A stretch of DNA of 59,891 bases from Gracilinanus agilis (lineage: Eukaryota): positions 89,174,432-89,234,322 of the forward strand of contig NC_058132.1 of the NCBI RefSeq assembly GCF_016433145.1, given 5' to 3'. Both the position numbers and the translations under genes were made by a program. Of the stretch, positions 39,095 to 52,307 are shown one piece after another. The first letter of the stretch is position 1; each line of letters opens with the position of its first letter. A model generated the notes under the pieces. It saw nothing but the letters and a program-made list of their open reading frames with translations. It searched no databases and was not told where the DNA came from.

Positions 39095-40944
39095 AAAAGA
39101 TGATTAACTGAATGGTTTGGCTACTTTTAGCAACACAGTGATCCAAGACAATTCCAAAGGACTTATGATGAAAAATGCTATCTATCTCCACAGAAAGAAC
39201 TGATGGAGACTGAAAACAGATGAGAGCACACATTTTTCAAATTTATTTTTAATGGTTTTGACTTTTTTCTCAACAGGTTTAATATGGAAATATTTGTTGT
39301 ACATGTATATTCCATAGCAAATTGCTTGCCTTCCCAATTAGGAAGGAAGAAGGGAGAGAAGGAGAAAATTTGGAACTCAAATTTTTAAAAGAATGATTAT
39401 TTAAAATTGTTTCTTCATGAAATTGAGGGGGGAAATAAGTCAGGCTTAACTGAAATTACACTAAGTATTGGACATTGAAGCAGAAGACCTCAATTCTAAT
39501 TTGAAGTTAGTCTACTGCAAGACTAAGAATTTCAAAATATCGCAGAGTTTATATCCTCGTCTGCAAAATATAAATAATTTCTTCTTAGCTTACATTATTT
39601 TTCATCTTCATAGTCTCAATCAAATAAGAAAGAGATGAAACCACCCTTAAACATTGTCATTCTATTACTCTCTCAGAAAAGAGTCTTATTTGCCCTCCTA
39701 GTAAAAGGAGTAGCTGTTATATCGCACTGTCAGATTTTCCACACTGTCAGGCATGAAGGATTCTCATGATCTATGGTTTAGAATTAGAAGCAACATTAGA
39801 GATAAACTATTTAAACTCATACCTGAGCATATCATCTAGTTGTGCTTGAAAATGGTGAGTGATAAGGAACTTTCTTCTTGGAGTCTTTCAAGTACTTCTA
39901 ATTAATAAGATTTAAAATATTAAACTTAAATATACCTCTCTGAATTATATACTCATTATTCTTACTCCTTCTAAGAACAAGTAGAATATATCTAATCTCT
40001 TCAACAGAGCAGACCTTTCTTTGAAAATAATTGGAATAGCTATCACACCATTTAAAAATTTCTCAATAATTTTCTACAAAGAGTAATTGTTGTGGCATCT
40101 TAGAACCTTCTATAAGAATTCCCACATCATATAAATCTCAGGTAAGCATTATTGACTAATCAGAGGTACAGTCAATCCAAAGATCCTCTTTTTGTGCTTA
40201 TGTACATCATTTAGTTTTCTCAATTTGCTCATTTTTCATTTCTCTAGCAGAAATCCCTTCAGTAATCTGATTTATTATGTGTTTCCTGGGTATTTCAGTA
40301 TATTTATTCATCCTCAGAAATAATTCACTATTTGGTTATCAAATATTTTCCCTTTACCACTTTAAACAAAAATATGTATGTTGTGAATAGAGGTGCTTGC
40401 ATCTCAATAGTAGGTTCAAAATGGAGTCAAAGAGAGAAATGGCCAGAAAAATTTAAGTAACAGATTTTAGTTCTCCAGTCTTTATAGATCTGAATCATGG
40501 ATCAATCCTAAATTCCCAGTCTATTGTTACTTCCCTATACTCTCTTTATAGAAATGCTTAGTATCAAAATTATTGGAGCGTAATGGTTAGAGCTGTGTTC
40601 TTAGAAGACTTGAATTCAAATCCTGCTTCAGAAACTTAATGGATATGTAACCTTGTGAAAGCCACTTAATGTCTATAAACCCAAATTCCTGTAAAGTGAC
40701 AGAGTTAAATTTGATGTCTCCTAAGGTCTCTTCAATATCCTAGTCTATTATCAAACCTATAAGTTAGTATGGATCCTAGTAAATAATATGATATAGCTTC
40801 TTTCATACTTTTTCCCCTAAAGTCTCCGTTGAGTGCTAGAATAACAAGGAAGTAGAGACAAGTTGATCTAATAGTCTGGTGAATAGAAATCTATTCTTGA
40901 TATATTCATGAAATTTATACAATACCTCCCTGTGATATACAGAC

Positions 40945-41072
40945 ACTTACCAAAACCTGAACTGCAGAGAAAAGATGTAGAATGTTGGGGCAGAGGTGGG
41001 GGAATGGAGAGAGTGACTCAGCTAGTCTGAGATGAGGAGCAGGATTATAACATTTGAGTTGATCCCTTGGGA
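40945..41072 (-). promoter_or_regulatory. Candidate promoter and non-coding first exon for the OR52A-like gene
   Basis: Perfect O/E (EBF) palindrome TCCCTTGGGA (41063-41072), TTATAA (41045-41050), minus-strand donor TTG|GTAAGT (GT = 40950-40949). Confidence 0.45.
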
Positions 41073-41634
41073 ATGATCAAGGAATCAAGAAGCAGAAAAT
41101 ACCCTAGTGATCCCAAAGGTAGCTTTCTACTCAGATAACTTAACTATTTATTTGCTTTACTGGTATATTTGTTTTTTGTTGTTGCTATTCAGCATATGGG
41201 TAAAAAATATAAAAATTTTAAGCACCTACTATGGACCACATAGTAGGTTTATCATTTGGCAATGAGGGAAAATAATACAAATTGTTAAAATAGAGGATAA
41301 ATATGATCATTTCTAGATGCAGAATGGGTAGAGAAAAGAACTCAATTTGAAAGACTAGTTGGAGACTCATGACTTTACTTCATCTCAATTTCATAATCTG
41401 CAAAATGGAGATAACGTGTCCACTGAACTAGCTCCCTTAAAAAATATTTATGAGGATAGCCTTTGTACATTATGAAGATTTATGGAAATAATAGCCAATG
41501 ATCATGACAAGAAAAAGATATGGAGAAGTTGCCTGAGGAAAACAGGAAGATAAAAAGTTCATTTAAAAAGTGCACAGGATTTGTGATCACAAGCACTGAA
41601 TTCATATTATGACTAGGCTAGGTACTATCTACGT

Positions 41635-41825
41635 CAATAGTCGGCAACCTTTTTGGCCATGAGAGCCATAAACGCCTGCAGAAGGAGGAGGATGGAGGCA
41701 GAAGGCGCTGGAATATGGGGCGGGGACTGAAGGGCCCCCTAGGGCACATCCTGGGGCTCTGCCAGAACTGGCAGGTCTGGAGGTGGAGGCAGATATGGCT
41801 TGAGAGACAAAGTTGCTGACCCCTG
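41635..41825. mobile_element. hAT/Charlie-type MITE, 191 bp, same family ends as 4427-4597 in opposite orientation
   Basis: Left end CAATAGTCGGCAAC (decayed), right end GTTGCTGACCCCTG (41812-41825). 8-bp TSD ATCTACGT/ATCTATGT. 41640-41676 matches the reverse complement of 4556-4592 at 35/37. Confidence 0.85.
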
Positions 41826-42597
41826 ATCTATGTGACCCCGGACAAGTGACTTAACCTCTTGAGTTATACAATTATTCATCTATAAAATGAAAGGGACCAA
41901 TTCAAAATAATAATAAGGCAGGATTCAATAGACTAAAATTCTATAAAGGAAATCAGCTGAGAAAGAATGGGAAAATATCAAGAATGAAATTCTAAAGACT
42001 CTGGGAAGAAGGAAAATAGGGAGTTTACTGGAAAAAATTATGTCTATGCATAGGCAACTCATTTTGGTGATCATATCATTTGCATTAATATAGCTATAGG
42101 AAATGTAACATTCTTTAGGGTTATCATGGATAAATGGATATTGAAGTCAAAAATCCTCCTAGATTGTTTTTAACCTCTCAGTGATTAATCCTTGGTGCTA
42201 ATGTTGTTGAACTTCACTGACAAAGCTCTATTCTTACATCCTAAAGGCAGGGGAATACAGAAATGGCATTGAGTGAGCAAACTAAGTTAATAGTGAGGAC
42301 AATTGGAGAGCTATAATCAGTGAAGCATGAGAAAAAGGTGCCAACTGGATAATAACCATGAGGAAAGAATACCAGGACACCAAGAAAAGCACAATATGAT
42401 TTGGTTATGCAGAAGTCCAGTGGAACAAATAAAGAGTTCAACAGTGTATGAGGTGGATATTGATAATGTATGGGGGGTGTGTATTTAAACACCCCCACCT
42501 GATAGATATCAATGGGCCAAAGAAGCTAACTCAACATCTCCCACTGGGAAGACTTAGAGGGTGTAATTCTCTAGAAGGCTCCCCAAAAAGGAAAAAC

Positions 42598-43442
42598 TGT
42601 AGTGGAGTTGTTGAAGGAAGATGTTAGGAATCAATTGAGTCCCTGGTGGGATGGGTCCAATCTTCAGTGCCACTAATGCAAAGACAAGCCCTCCCCCAGT
42701 CTCCTAATCAAATTGCTTTTTTTCCTTTAAGATGGAGTATAATACCAGTCTTCCCCTCAGCCACTCCAAGTCACCTCCCCCCTCAACTGTAACTGCTCCA
42801 AACTCTAATTGACAAAACTAAAAGGGATTTATTGATAGAAAAATGAATTCAGGATTCAAGGGAAAAGGCATTGAGGAATCAAGGATAGAGGGGAAGGGAT
42901 GGGCTTCACTATCAACTAAAGTTTTCTCCCCCAGAGAACAGCTCTGGACTTCTTCTGAGGCTTGGTCTCAGTAACTGACCCTCTCCCACTACAATCTCCT
43001 AATCATTTATCTCTAAACTAATATGAAAGGGAAATAACAGGGATCAATGAAAAAAGCATGGTCAGGAAAAAGGTTCCCCAAGCCCGCTCCCCAGGGAGTC
43101 CAAGCACTTGGGAGAGAACTGCTGTGTCAAAAGTCTTCTTGGATGGTAAATTGAAGTTTGTAGACATTGATGTGTTAGTAGCTGTGATCTCCAAACATTT
43201 TCAAATATAGGAGTACAGAGGAGCTAGATTCACTTGGGATCCACCAAGAACCAACCTCCCTTCAATCACCCCCTGGTCCCCACAAGGCTCAGGAGGGAAG
43301 AGACAGTTGAAAAACTCCTCTTCTGGCCCCTCCTTCACATTCTGATCTTCCTACCCTCTCCTGGGACCACTCCAAGTTCCATTCCATCTCCATCTGTATA
43401 CCTTACTTGGCTTTCTTTGCAAATTGAGTCCACACTGTTACA
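42598..43442 (-). mobile_element. LTR-like element (tentative bounds)
   Basis: TGT...ACA termini and an internal TTTATT (reverse polyA signal). No convincing TSD. Confidence 0.35.
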
Positions 43443-43756
43443 ACAGCAAGAACTGTTTACTCTCTTGAGACAGAAACAGTAATTCATTTTGTTTCTTACT
43501 TTCTTCTTCTGTCCCCCTCTTTCTCAAGAGAAAGGTGGCTCTTTGACACATGATTTACCTTAGGGCTTGTTTTCCATCAAATTGTCTATGGTTGTCCTCT
43601 TTGTGACCTATTTAAAATGAGAATTGCACCACTGCCCACAAACTGGCTTGCTGAACCTGGATGCCCCCCACCACCAACCCACTCTAACACATGGATCACC
43701 TCTCTGTTCTGATGGCCAAGTACTATGCCAGGTGCTGATCATGTGTGTCTCAACTC

Positions 43757-44316
43757 TGTAAAGGTTAAATTTTGTGGTTGGAGTTAAGTTATATGAAATA
43801 GCGTGGTTGCTGAAGTTATTATATCCCAAGTCAGAAGTTTATTTATCAAATTAGAGTGGAAACAACAAAGTAGAGAAATGTGAGAGAGGTTAGAGAAAAT
43901 ACCTATACTAGTCCTCAGTGAGGAGGGCTGGAAGTGAGTGCCTACAGAGGCCTCCCCCAAGATGGAAGCTAGTCTCTTAGGAAACTAGGAAAGGAGTCAG
44001 CCCTTTTCACTCACCCAACAAAGTAGTTCAGGAGTTAGAATCTAAATCAAAGCCACTAATTATACTGTAGACTCCAGTGAAGTTCCTTTGACGACTATTT
44101 CCAGGAGACACTCTCTAGGAGAATCAACTTCACTAGACTGCCTCAATCCAACAATTTCGTAGCTTTTATGGTGCTTTGCTGTCCCTGCCCCTGTTCACAG
44201 AGGCCAATCACAGTTTCCAAATTGTCCATCCCTGCCCAGGGGCAGTGTCTGTGGGATTGTCTTCTCACCTCTAAAGGTGTTAATTTTCTTCCTAGAATTC
44301 CTAAGATTAAAAGACA
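43757..44316 (-). mobile_element. Solo LTR-like element (tentative)
   Basis: TGTAAAGG...AAGACA termini, TTTATT near the left end, layout similar to 54991-55579. TSD not confirmed. Confidence 0.45.
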
Positions 44317-45258
44317 ACAACATACTGGGAAACAATCTTTAAGGCAAATCTCTTTGATAAAGGCTTCATTTCTCACTATACAGTGAACTGAGTCAAATTT
44401 ATAAGAATATAGTGCATCCCCTAATTAAGAAATGTTTAAAGAATATGAATAGAGAATCCTCAGGTTAAGACATTAAAACTGTCTTTAGTCATATAAAAAT
44501 GCTTTAAAACAAAATTAGGGAAATGCAAAACAACACAATTCTAAGGTACCACCTCGCCCCCACAAACTAACATTACAAAAAAAAAAAGAAAATTGATAAA
44601 TGTTGGATGGTCTGTGGAAAAATTGGGATACTAATACACTGTTGGTGGGGCTATGAACTAATACAACCATTCTGGAGAGGAATTTGGAACTAGGCTTAAG
44701 GGCCATCAAAATGTGCATACCCTTTGACCAGAAATTATACTTCTACATTTATGATCCAAAGAGATGAAAGATAGGAGAAAAGAGTTTAACTGTCCAAAAA
44801 TATTTATAGTAGCTATTTTTATGGTGGCAAAAAACTGGACACAGAAAGGATTTCCATAAATTGGTGAATGACTAAACAAATTTTGATATATGTTTGTGAT
44901 GGAATACTATTATGCCATAATAAATAACAGAAAAGATGATCACAAAAAATTGGAAAGATACATGAAGTGATGCAAAGTAAACAGAATGAGGAGAATGCTG
45001 TACACAGAAATAACAATAAAATATGATGATCAAATATAAATAACATAAGTATTATCAATAAGGCAAGGGTCTAGGATAACACCAATGAACACATGACAAA
45101 AAAGGATATCACCAGCCACAGGAGGAACAGGTAGAGTCTGAAAACAGTTTGATACATGCCAGTCTTCACTTTATTTCATGTATGAATTTTTCTCTAGTGT
45201 AAGCAATATAAATCATCTTTCACATGATGAACATGAAAATATATATTATATGATAATA
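44317..45258 (+). mobile_element. L1 3' fragment, copy A of a closely related pair
   Basis: Collinear with 47033-47960. Shares a 52-nt identical run (45159-45210 = 47854-47905). Confidence 0.8.
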
Positions 45259-45889
45259 TCCCTTAAGCCCTCTCTACTTGTGCCTTTGATCTTTGCTTGA
45301 TATAATGAAACATCTTTTCTTTTTCTTTTTTCTTTTTTTTAGCAGTCATGAAAACGTTCTACAATATCTCTAAGAGGTCAGATGAGCATCCCTCCGAGGC
45401 TAATGAAAAATAGAAGCCATCAATTAGTCCTTAAAATTATGAAGACTCAAAAAAAGCATGAAGACTCTTCTAGACTAATTTGGTGCCAGGACAGAGAAAG
45501 TTCTCACTTGGAAGAATATAATTTTTATATAAATTTGTATTAGTATTTCTTAATATTACCACTTCCTAGTGCATTTCTCTCCATTCACTTCTCAGAAAAC
45601 TGTCCCTTATGTCAAGAAAGAGATGAGAGACAGACATATAGAGAAAAAGAGAGATAGACAGAGGGAGTGAAAGAGCCAGAGCCAGAGAGGGGGGTGGAGT
45701 TTTTAGGGAAACTAATAAGCCAAACAAATAATAGCTATTATTTTCAGTGTTGCATACCCATGGACTCAGCTTTGAGTGACAGTGCTCAGACTCAAGCAGT
45801 TTAAACTTCTTTCTCTTCCAGTGTATTGTAGCATTATTCAGGAGCTTTCACAGGGTGGCAGCACCCAAATCACAGCATAGAAAGGGAAA

Positions 45890-46740
45890 TAGAAATACCA
45901 CCTCACAATTAGCATATTGGCAACTATGAACAAAAAGGAATATCATGAATTTTGGAGGGGACATGGAAAAGATAGAATACTAATACACTATTGGTGGAAC
46001 TGTGAAGTGATGAAAACAGTCTAGAGGGCAATAGGGAACAATGTCTAAAGGACCACAAATCTGGACATTCCCTTTGATCCAGCAATTCCACTATTAAGAA
46101 ATACCAGAAAAGGGCGTACTTGCACAAAAATATTTTTAGTAGTTCTCTTTGTAGTGCCAAAGAACTGAAAACAGAAGGGGTATCTATCAGTTGGAGAATG
46201 AATGAACATGTTTTGGCATATAATTGTAATGGAATATTATCATGCCATAAGAAATGATAAAAAGGATGAGTTCAGAAAAACCCGGAAAGATTTATATGAA
46301 TTGATACAAAGTGAAGTAATCAGAACCAAGCCCAGCATATAATGTAATAGAAATATTGCACAATAATTACCTGTGAAGTACTAAACTAATCAACAGTACA
46401 AGGTCCCATGTTAACCACAAGGGACTCATGATAGAAAATGCTATGTATAGTAAAAGAAGGAACTGTTGGAATCTGAATGAAGATGAAGGCACAACTTGTT
46501 TCAATTTATTTTCTTTATGAGTTTTTTTTTAATCGTATGTTTTATGTGTGTCTTCTGTCATGACTTGGGGAATTTGAAATTATGTATTACATAAAAGTAC
46601 TGATATTAGCTATAACAGACTATTCACTGTCTTGGAAGGGAGGGAGGGAGAGAATATGAATCACAAAATTTAATAAACAATTGTAAAAATTTTTTTCTAC
46701 ATGTAAATAAAAAATTGAAATAAAAAAGTAAAAAAAGAAA
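45890..46740 (+). mobile_element. L1 3' fragment, distinct from the copy A/B pair (approximate bounds)
   Basis: Zinc-knuckle remnant, 3' UTR and A-rich tail at about 46705-46740. Confidence 0.75.
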
Positions 46741-46744
46741 AATA

Positions 46745-48095
46745 AGCAAGAATCAGAAGATAGTTTAGCCATACTAGATTTCAAACTATATTTTAAAGCA
46801 GAAACACAGAAATGATTAAATCAATCTGGTACTGGCTAAAAAATATAGCAGGTAATCAATGGAATACATGAGGCATTCATCACACAGTTGGTAAAATTAT
46901 GGTAAATGACCATAACAACCTAGTATTTGGCAAACACACAGATCTAAGCTATTGGAAGAAGAAGTCACTAGGTGACAAAAATTACTGGGAAAAGTAGAAA
47001 ACAGTAGAGCAAAAATTTAGTTGTGTATGAATACAACATACTGGGAAACAATTCATAAGGCAAATCTCTTTGATAAAGGCTTCATTTCTCAATAAAAAGA
47101 GAACTGATTGAACTTTAGAAGAATAAAATGCATAACCTAATTAAGAAATGACTAAAGAATAGGAACAGGGAATACTCAGTTTAAGAAATTAAAAATGTCT
47201 AGTCATATAAAAATGCTTCAAATCAAAATTAGAGAAATGTAAATGAATAAATTCTAAGGTACCACCTTATAACCACAAACTGACTAATATTACAAAAAAA
47301 ACTGATGAATTGTTGGATTGTGTGTGGAAAATTTGGGATATTAATACACTGTTGGTGGGGCTATGAAATAATACAACCATTCTGGAAAGGAATTTGGAAC
47401 TAGGCACAAAAGGCCATCAAACTATACATACCCTTTGACCCAGAAATAATACTTCTACATTTATAATCCAAAGAGATTAAAGATAGTTAAAAAGAGCCTA
47501 TTTGTCCAAAAATATTTATAGCAGCTACTTTTATGGTGGCAAAAAACTGGAAACGGAATGGATGTCTATAAATTGGTGAACAACTGAACAAGTTTTGATA
47601 TTTGTTTGTGAATGCTATTATGCCATAATAAATGAGAAAAAAAATTAGAAAGATATATGAAGTGATGTAAAGTAAACAGAATGAGGAGAATGCTGTACAC
47701 AGAAATAACAATAATATATGATGATCAAATATGAATGACATAAGTATTATCAATAAGACAAGGATCTAGGATAATACCAAGGGACACATGACAAAAAAGG
47801 ATATCACCAGCCGTAGAAGGAACAGGTGTAATCTGAATACAGATTGATACATTCCAGTCTTCACTTTATTTCATGTATGAATTTTTCTCTAGTGTAAGCA
47901 ATATATATCTTCTCCCACATAATGAACATGGAAATATGCATCATATGATAATATATGTACACCTTATATCATATCACTTGCCTCCTTGGGGAGGAGCAAA
48001 GGTGAGAGGAGGGAGAGAACATGGATTGCAAAATGTCAGAAAATAAATATTTTAAAATTGTACTAAAATTTAATCAGAAAAAAATTAAAAAGAAA
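46745..48095 (+). mobile_element. L1 3' fragment, copy B (approximate bounds)
   Basis: ORF2 C-terminal remnants and 3' UTR through an A-rich end. 47033-47960 is the part that matches copy A. Confidence 0.8.
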
Positions 48096-48967
48096 ATCTG
48101 AGTGCAACCTAGACAAGGATAATCCAATGCCAATGTCTAATTACTCATTATCATATGATGAATTTTCTCTTTGTTCTCTTCAATGTACCCATGATGATAT
48201 TTAAAATAATATAATTACTTTCCTTACAACTCTAGAAAGTAAGAAAAAACTAACTCTATTATTGTCATTTTACACATGGGGAAACATGTTCATAGAAAAT
48301 AAGTAACACATAGTAACTAAGAGAGTCTGGATAGAATTTTATGGATTTGAATAATGTATGATCTCATTGCACAAGGCATTATCCCCATGAACAAGTGCAT
48401 GACATCCCTAAAATCATTTAGAATATAAGCTTCTTAATTGCAAAGTCTCCCTCATATTCTGATCCATGAATCATCATCTTTCCCCACTAAGGAAAAGACA
48501 AGAGTAGTGACATAACAAGAATGATGTGAATGGGCAGAAATCAATGACTACCCACAGGGATCGTCCTTTGTCATAGAGGTCCTGAAAGGACCTATGCAAT
48601 CATCAGATCCTTGTCTTAGAGTTATTATTTCTTCTATCATTATACCAAATACTTCAGCATATGAAATTCAAGCTATTTCTATTCCTGGAGGAAACACAGA
48701 CCAAAGATATAGGGATGTTTGATGTCCTTCTTTCATACATAATTTTGCTAGAATTCCAGCATGTGCTTTTATAAATAATCAGTGCTTGAAAGCTTAGTAA
48801 CCATGATAAGTAGTCTGAGAATCTTTGGATCCCACAAGCTTGGGATTAGATTTCACCCCAACATTTTATAATTTTCAACTCCTTTAATTATGTCACTGAA
48901 TTTCTAATGAATGTCTTGTTATAGTTTATACAGATGACTTATTGGACAAATCACTTCTCTTTAAAAT

Positions 48968-49912
48968 TCAAGGAATTTTGTTTGTAAAGATTTTGAGGAA
49001 CCTCTCCCGGATCCGTTTAGTTTTAACACCATAAATAATAGGATTTACCATGGGTGGTATAAGAAGGTAGATGTTAGCTACAAGAATATGGACATGGGGA
49101 GCAATGTGACGTCCAAACCTATGTGTGAGGAATGAGAAAAAGGCAGGAGTATAAAAAGTCATAATGACCCACACATGGGAACCACAGGTACCCAGAGTCT
49201 TCAGTCTGGCTTCCTTGGAGGGTAAGCGAAAAACAGTGCGCAGAATTAGGATATAAGAACATATAATCAGGATGAAGTCCAACCCTGCAGTAAGGAAAGC
49301 AACAGAAAGGCTGTAGGCTCTGTGAATCTTGGTCTGGGCACAGGAAAGTCTAATCAGTGCCATAAACTCACAGTAAGTGTGGGGAATAATATTGGTCTTA
49401 CAGTAGGGAAGCCACCGAAGCATGAATGGGTGAGGACTCAGCAAAATAACTCCTCTGGTGACAATGGCCAAACCTAGACCCCTGATAACTGAATTGGTCA
49501 AAATAGCTGAGTGTCTAAGGGGGTTACATATGGCCACATAACGATCAAATGCCATGGCCAAAAAGAAGCCAGACTCCATGGTCGTCAGAGAATGTATAAG
49601 AAATATCTGAGTGAGACAAGCTTCAAGATATATCTCTCTATCTTTGAACCAGAAAAGACTGAGGATTTTAGGCAATGTGGTGGTAGTGATCATCAAATCT
49701 GCCACTGAGAGCATGGAGAGGAAGAGGTACATGGGTTCATGTAGACTGGAGTCGTTCTTGATGATGACCAGAAGGGTACAATTTCCCAGGAAGGCCAAAA
49801 TATACACCACACAGAAGGGGATGGAGATCCAGATTTGAATGGTTTCCAGTCCTGGAATTCCAAGGAGAAGAAACTTGTTGGGATGCAGATTGGTCCAGTT
49901 GAGTGCTGACAT
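48968..49912 (-). CDS. Class I olfactory receptor, OR52 family, intact, 314 aa
   Basis: LHEPMYLFLSML, MAFDRYVAICNPLRH, PHTYCEFMAL, LPSKEARLKTLGTCGSH, THRFG, NPIIYGVKTK. Upstream acceptor TTTCTATTTATTTAG (AG = 49967-49966). Confidence 0.97.
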   Translation of the reverse strand: MSALNWTNLHPNKFLLLGIPGLETIQIWISIPFCVVYILAFLGNCTLLVIIKNDSSLHEPMYLFLSMLSVADLMITTTTLPKILSLFWFKDREIYLEACLTQIFLIHSLTTMESGFFLAMAFDRYVAICNPLRHSAILTNSVIRGLGLAIVTRGVILLSPHPFMLRWLPYCKTNIIPHTYCEFMALIRLSCAQTKIHRAYSLSVAFLTAGLDFILIICSYILILRTVFRLPSKEARLKTLGTCGSHVWVIMTFYTPAFFSFLTHRFGRHIAPHVHILVANIYLLIPPMVNPIIYGVKTKRIRERFLKIFTNKIP

Positions 49913-50677
49913 GACAGAGATCTTTTATCCTTATCACCTACCTGTCAGCAGAGGTTGTCCATTCGCTAAATAAATAGAAACTTAATCAATTTTCATTTAA
50001 ATCAGATAATAATGATGTACTAATTCTATGGCCCAACTCATCAAGGAACCCTGATGCTCTAGCATAAAAATGGATATTCAAAATGATCATCAGCAATACT
50101 TGTTCTGGATATTCAGCCTAAAGATTTCTAAAGACAAGGATTTTCTACTAGTGAGGCGTATACAGTTCATATTTTAGACTAGGGTTAGGGCTTTGTTTTG
50201 ATGAAGGAACATCTTAGTCTAGTAACAGTTTGTATTGTATTTAGAGCTGGATTGTGTTGGTGAACTCCATATCTCTTATACAATTTTCTAAACACTGACA
50301 GGTCCATAGGTTCATTTTGTGTTTTAAGTAGTGAGAGAAAAAGGCTTCTGGTCATGACTTTAGATTTGAAGATATCATTATCAATCTCCCAATCCCCACT
50401 CCATGTCAGGCTCTCAGGCAAACATGTCAGAAAATCTCCTCCTTGGTTTTCATGATTTGAAATGAAGGTAATTCAACTAGGAAAGGACTGCTTACACCCT
50501 ACGATTTCAGAGGTAGGTAGGTTAATGTGATACTATCTTTACTATGATTATCAAACACCCTTCACCAAACTTAATGAATTACCTACTATGATTAAGCTTT
50601 AATAAGCTTTTTATTGGCTTTTTTATTTTTATAAATTGCTTTGGAACCTTGGGGTGGTCAGTGAGATAAAGTAGTGA

Positions 50678-51052
50678 TGTATACCTGGGGAAAAATCTTT
50701 GCAATGTTTCTGACAACAAGAAAAGATCAGTTTCTGACAAGAAAAGATCAGCATTCCCTGAAAATTTGCCCTGACCTTTATTTCATATTATCTCAGTTTT
50801 ATCCTGAGGGTATTTCAAAAGGCTGACATCTCCTATGCTGAGAAGGAATTTATCACATTGCTCAATTCCCCCCCAAAAATCCCTCCCCTCTTTCCTGAAC
50901 CCCTATAATAAGGTGTTTAACCACAATCTCTCTCTGGCTTTGAGTCTATCCAAGCTCCCATACATGTGTTTTCTTTATTTTTTCTCTTTCTATAAAAAAT
51001 AGGATTTTGATATAGAAAAAACATTTTCTCTTTAGTCAATTTAGAGTTAACA
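50678..51052 (+). mobile_element. LTR-like element (tentative)
   Basis: TGT...ACA ends, internal 21-24-nt tandem repeat (50707-50751), TATA-like CCTATAATAA. TSD not convincing. Confidence 0.35.
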
Positions 51053-52307
51053 ATTGTGACTCTTAATTAAAAGGATGATCCAGCTTTTTTAAAAAGATTT
51101 TCCATGTAGTATCAATTTCTAACTACAGAATCGTATTGACTAATTCCCCACAATTTTCTTAAATAAAAAGGAAGTCTAAGTATTTCAGGAGCTCACACTT
51201 CAGAAAAAAACTAAGAAAATGTAATTCTTCTGACCAAAAGATTGAGAGATGAGTGACAGTCTACAGAATTGTGGATTTTTCTTGATGGAAAGAATGAATT
51301 TGAACAATTAGATTTATTGGCTACATAATAAACTCAACATTTCTGCCTGGCTTTCATTGACTTGCATAAACTTGGTCTTTATCTGTATTTTCTAGTAGTT
51401 TGTCCTCCTTACTGTGTTCTACCAAACATTTTTTCTACCTCTACAGTATGAAACCAAATCTCACATTTTGACTAGTAGAGAGTTCTACCCATTCTCCCAC
51501 CCCATTCCAGCCATTCAATTCTGCTTCCTGTCCTGACATTTTATTGCATGTACTTAACTGGGAAAAAAACCTACCTGATACAAACTATAGGATTCCTGCT
51601 GCCAACATTACATTAATTCCCTGATTCACTGCCTCAAATTGAAAAGCTGAAATAGTAGCTTCTTCTCCTCCCATCCTTTCTCTCTATCAAAAGAGGAGAT
51701 ATTTATAAGGTTCTGTAAAAGGAATATACTAAATTCAAAGGAAACATACAAAAGATATGACAATGTTGTTCAGATCAGAGACAAAATCAGAATGATTTGG
51801 TCAGCTCAGCTATTTACTATCCAAAATAAACAAGTTATATATCCTCTCCAGGCATAATTTTATTGCTTTGTAAATTGATGACAATCATATCATTTGCACT
51901 ACCTTCTTTATATGGGCATTAAGAATGTCTCTTAATGATAATATTTGTACAAATCAGTGGAATTGTTTGTTGGCTCTGGGAGGGGGGAGGAAAGAGGGAA
52001 CAGAAAGAAAATCATGTAAAAGAGGAAAATATTTTAAAAATAAAAAATTTAAAACTAAATAAATAAAGATCAATTACAATATCACTTTACAAGCATTAAT
52101 GAAGTTGCTAGCTATGTTAAGAGAAAGACTTGTGACTTATTAATTGATCTATTACAATGCCTTTCCATTGGCTATCTCCCACACTTGGAATTAACTCCTG
52201 CTTCACCTCTAACTCAGAATCCCTTGTTTCCTTCAAAACTCTGCCCTATTGGCATTTTCTACATGAGGATCTCTTAACCTAGTCTCATTACTGTGAACTT
52301 TAAAACA

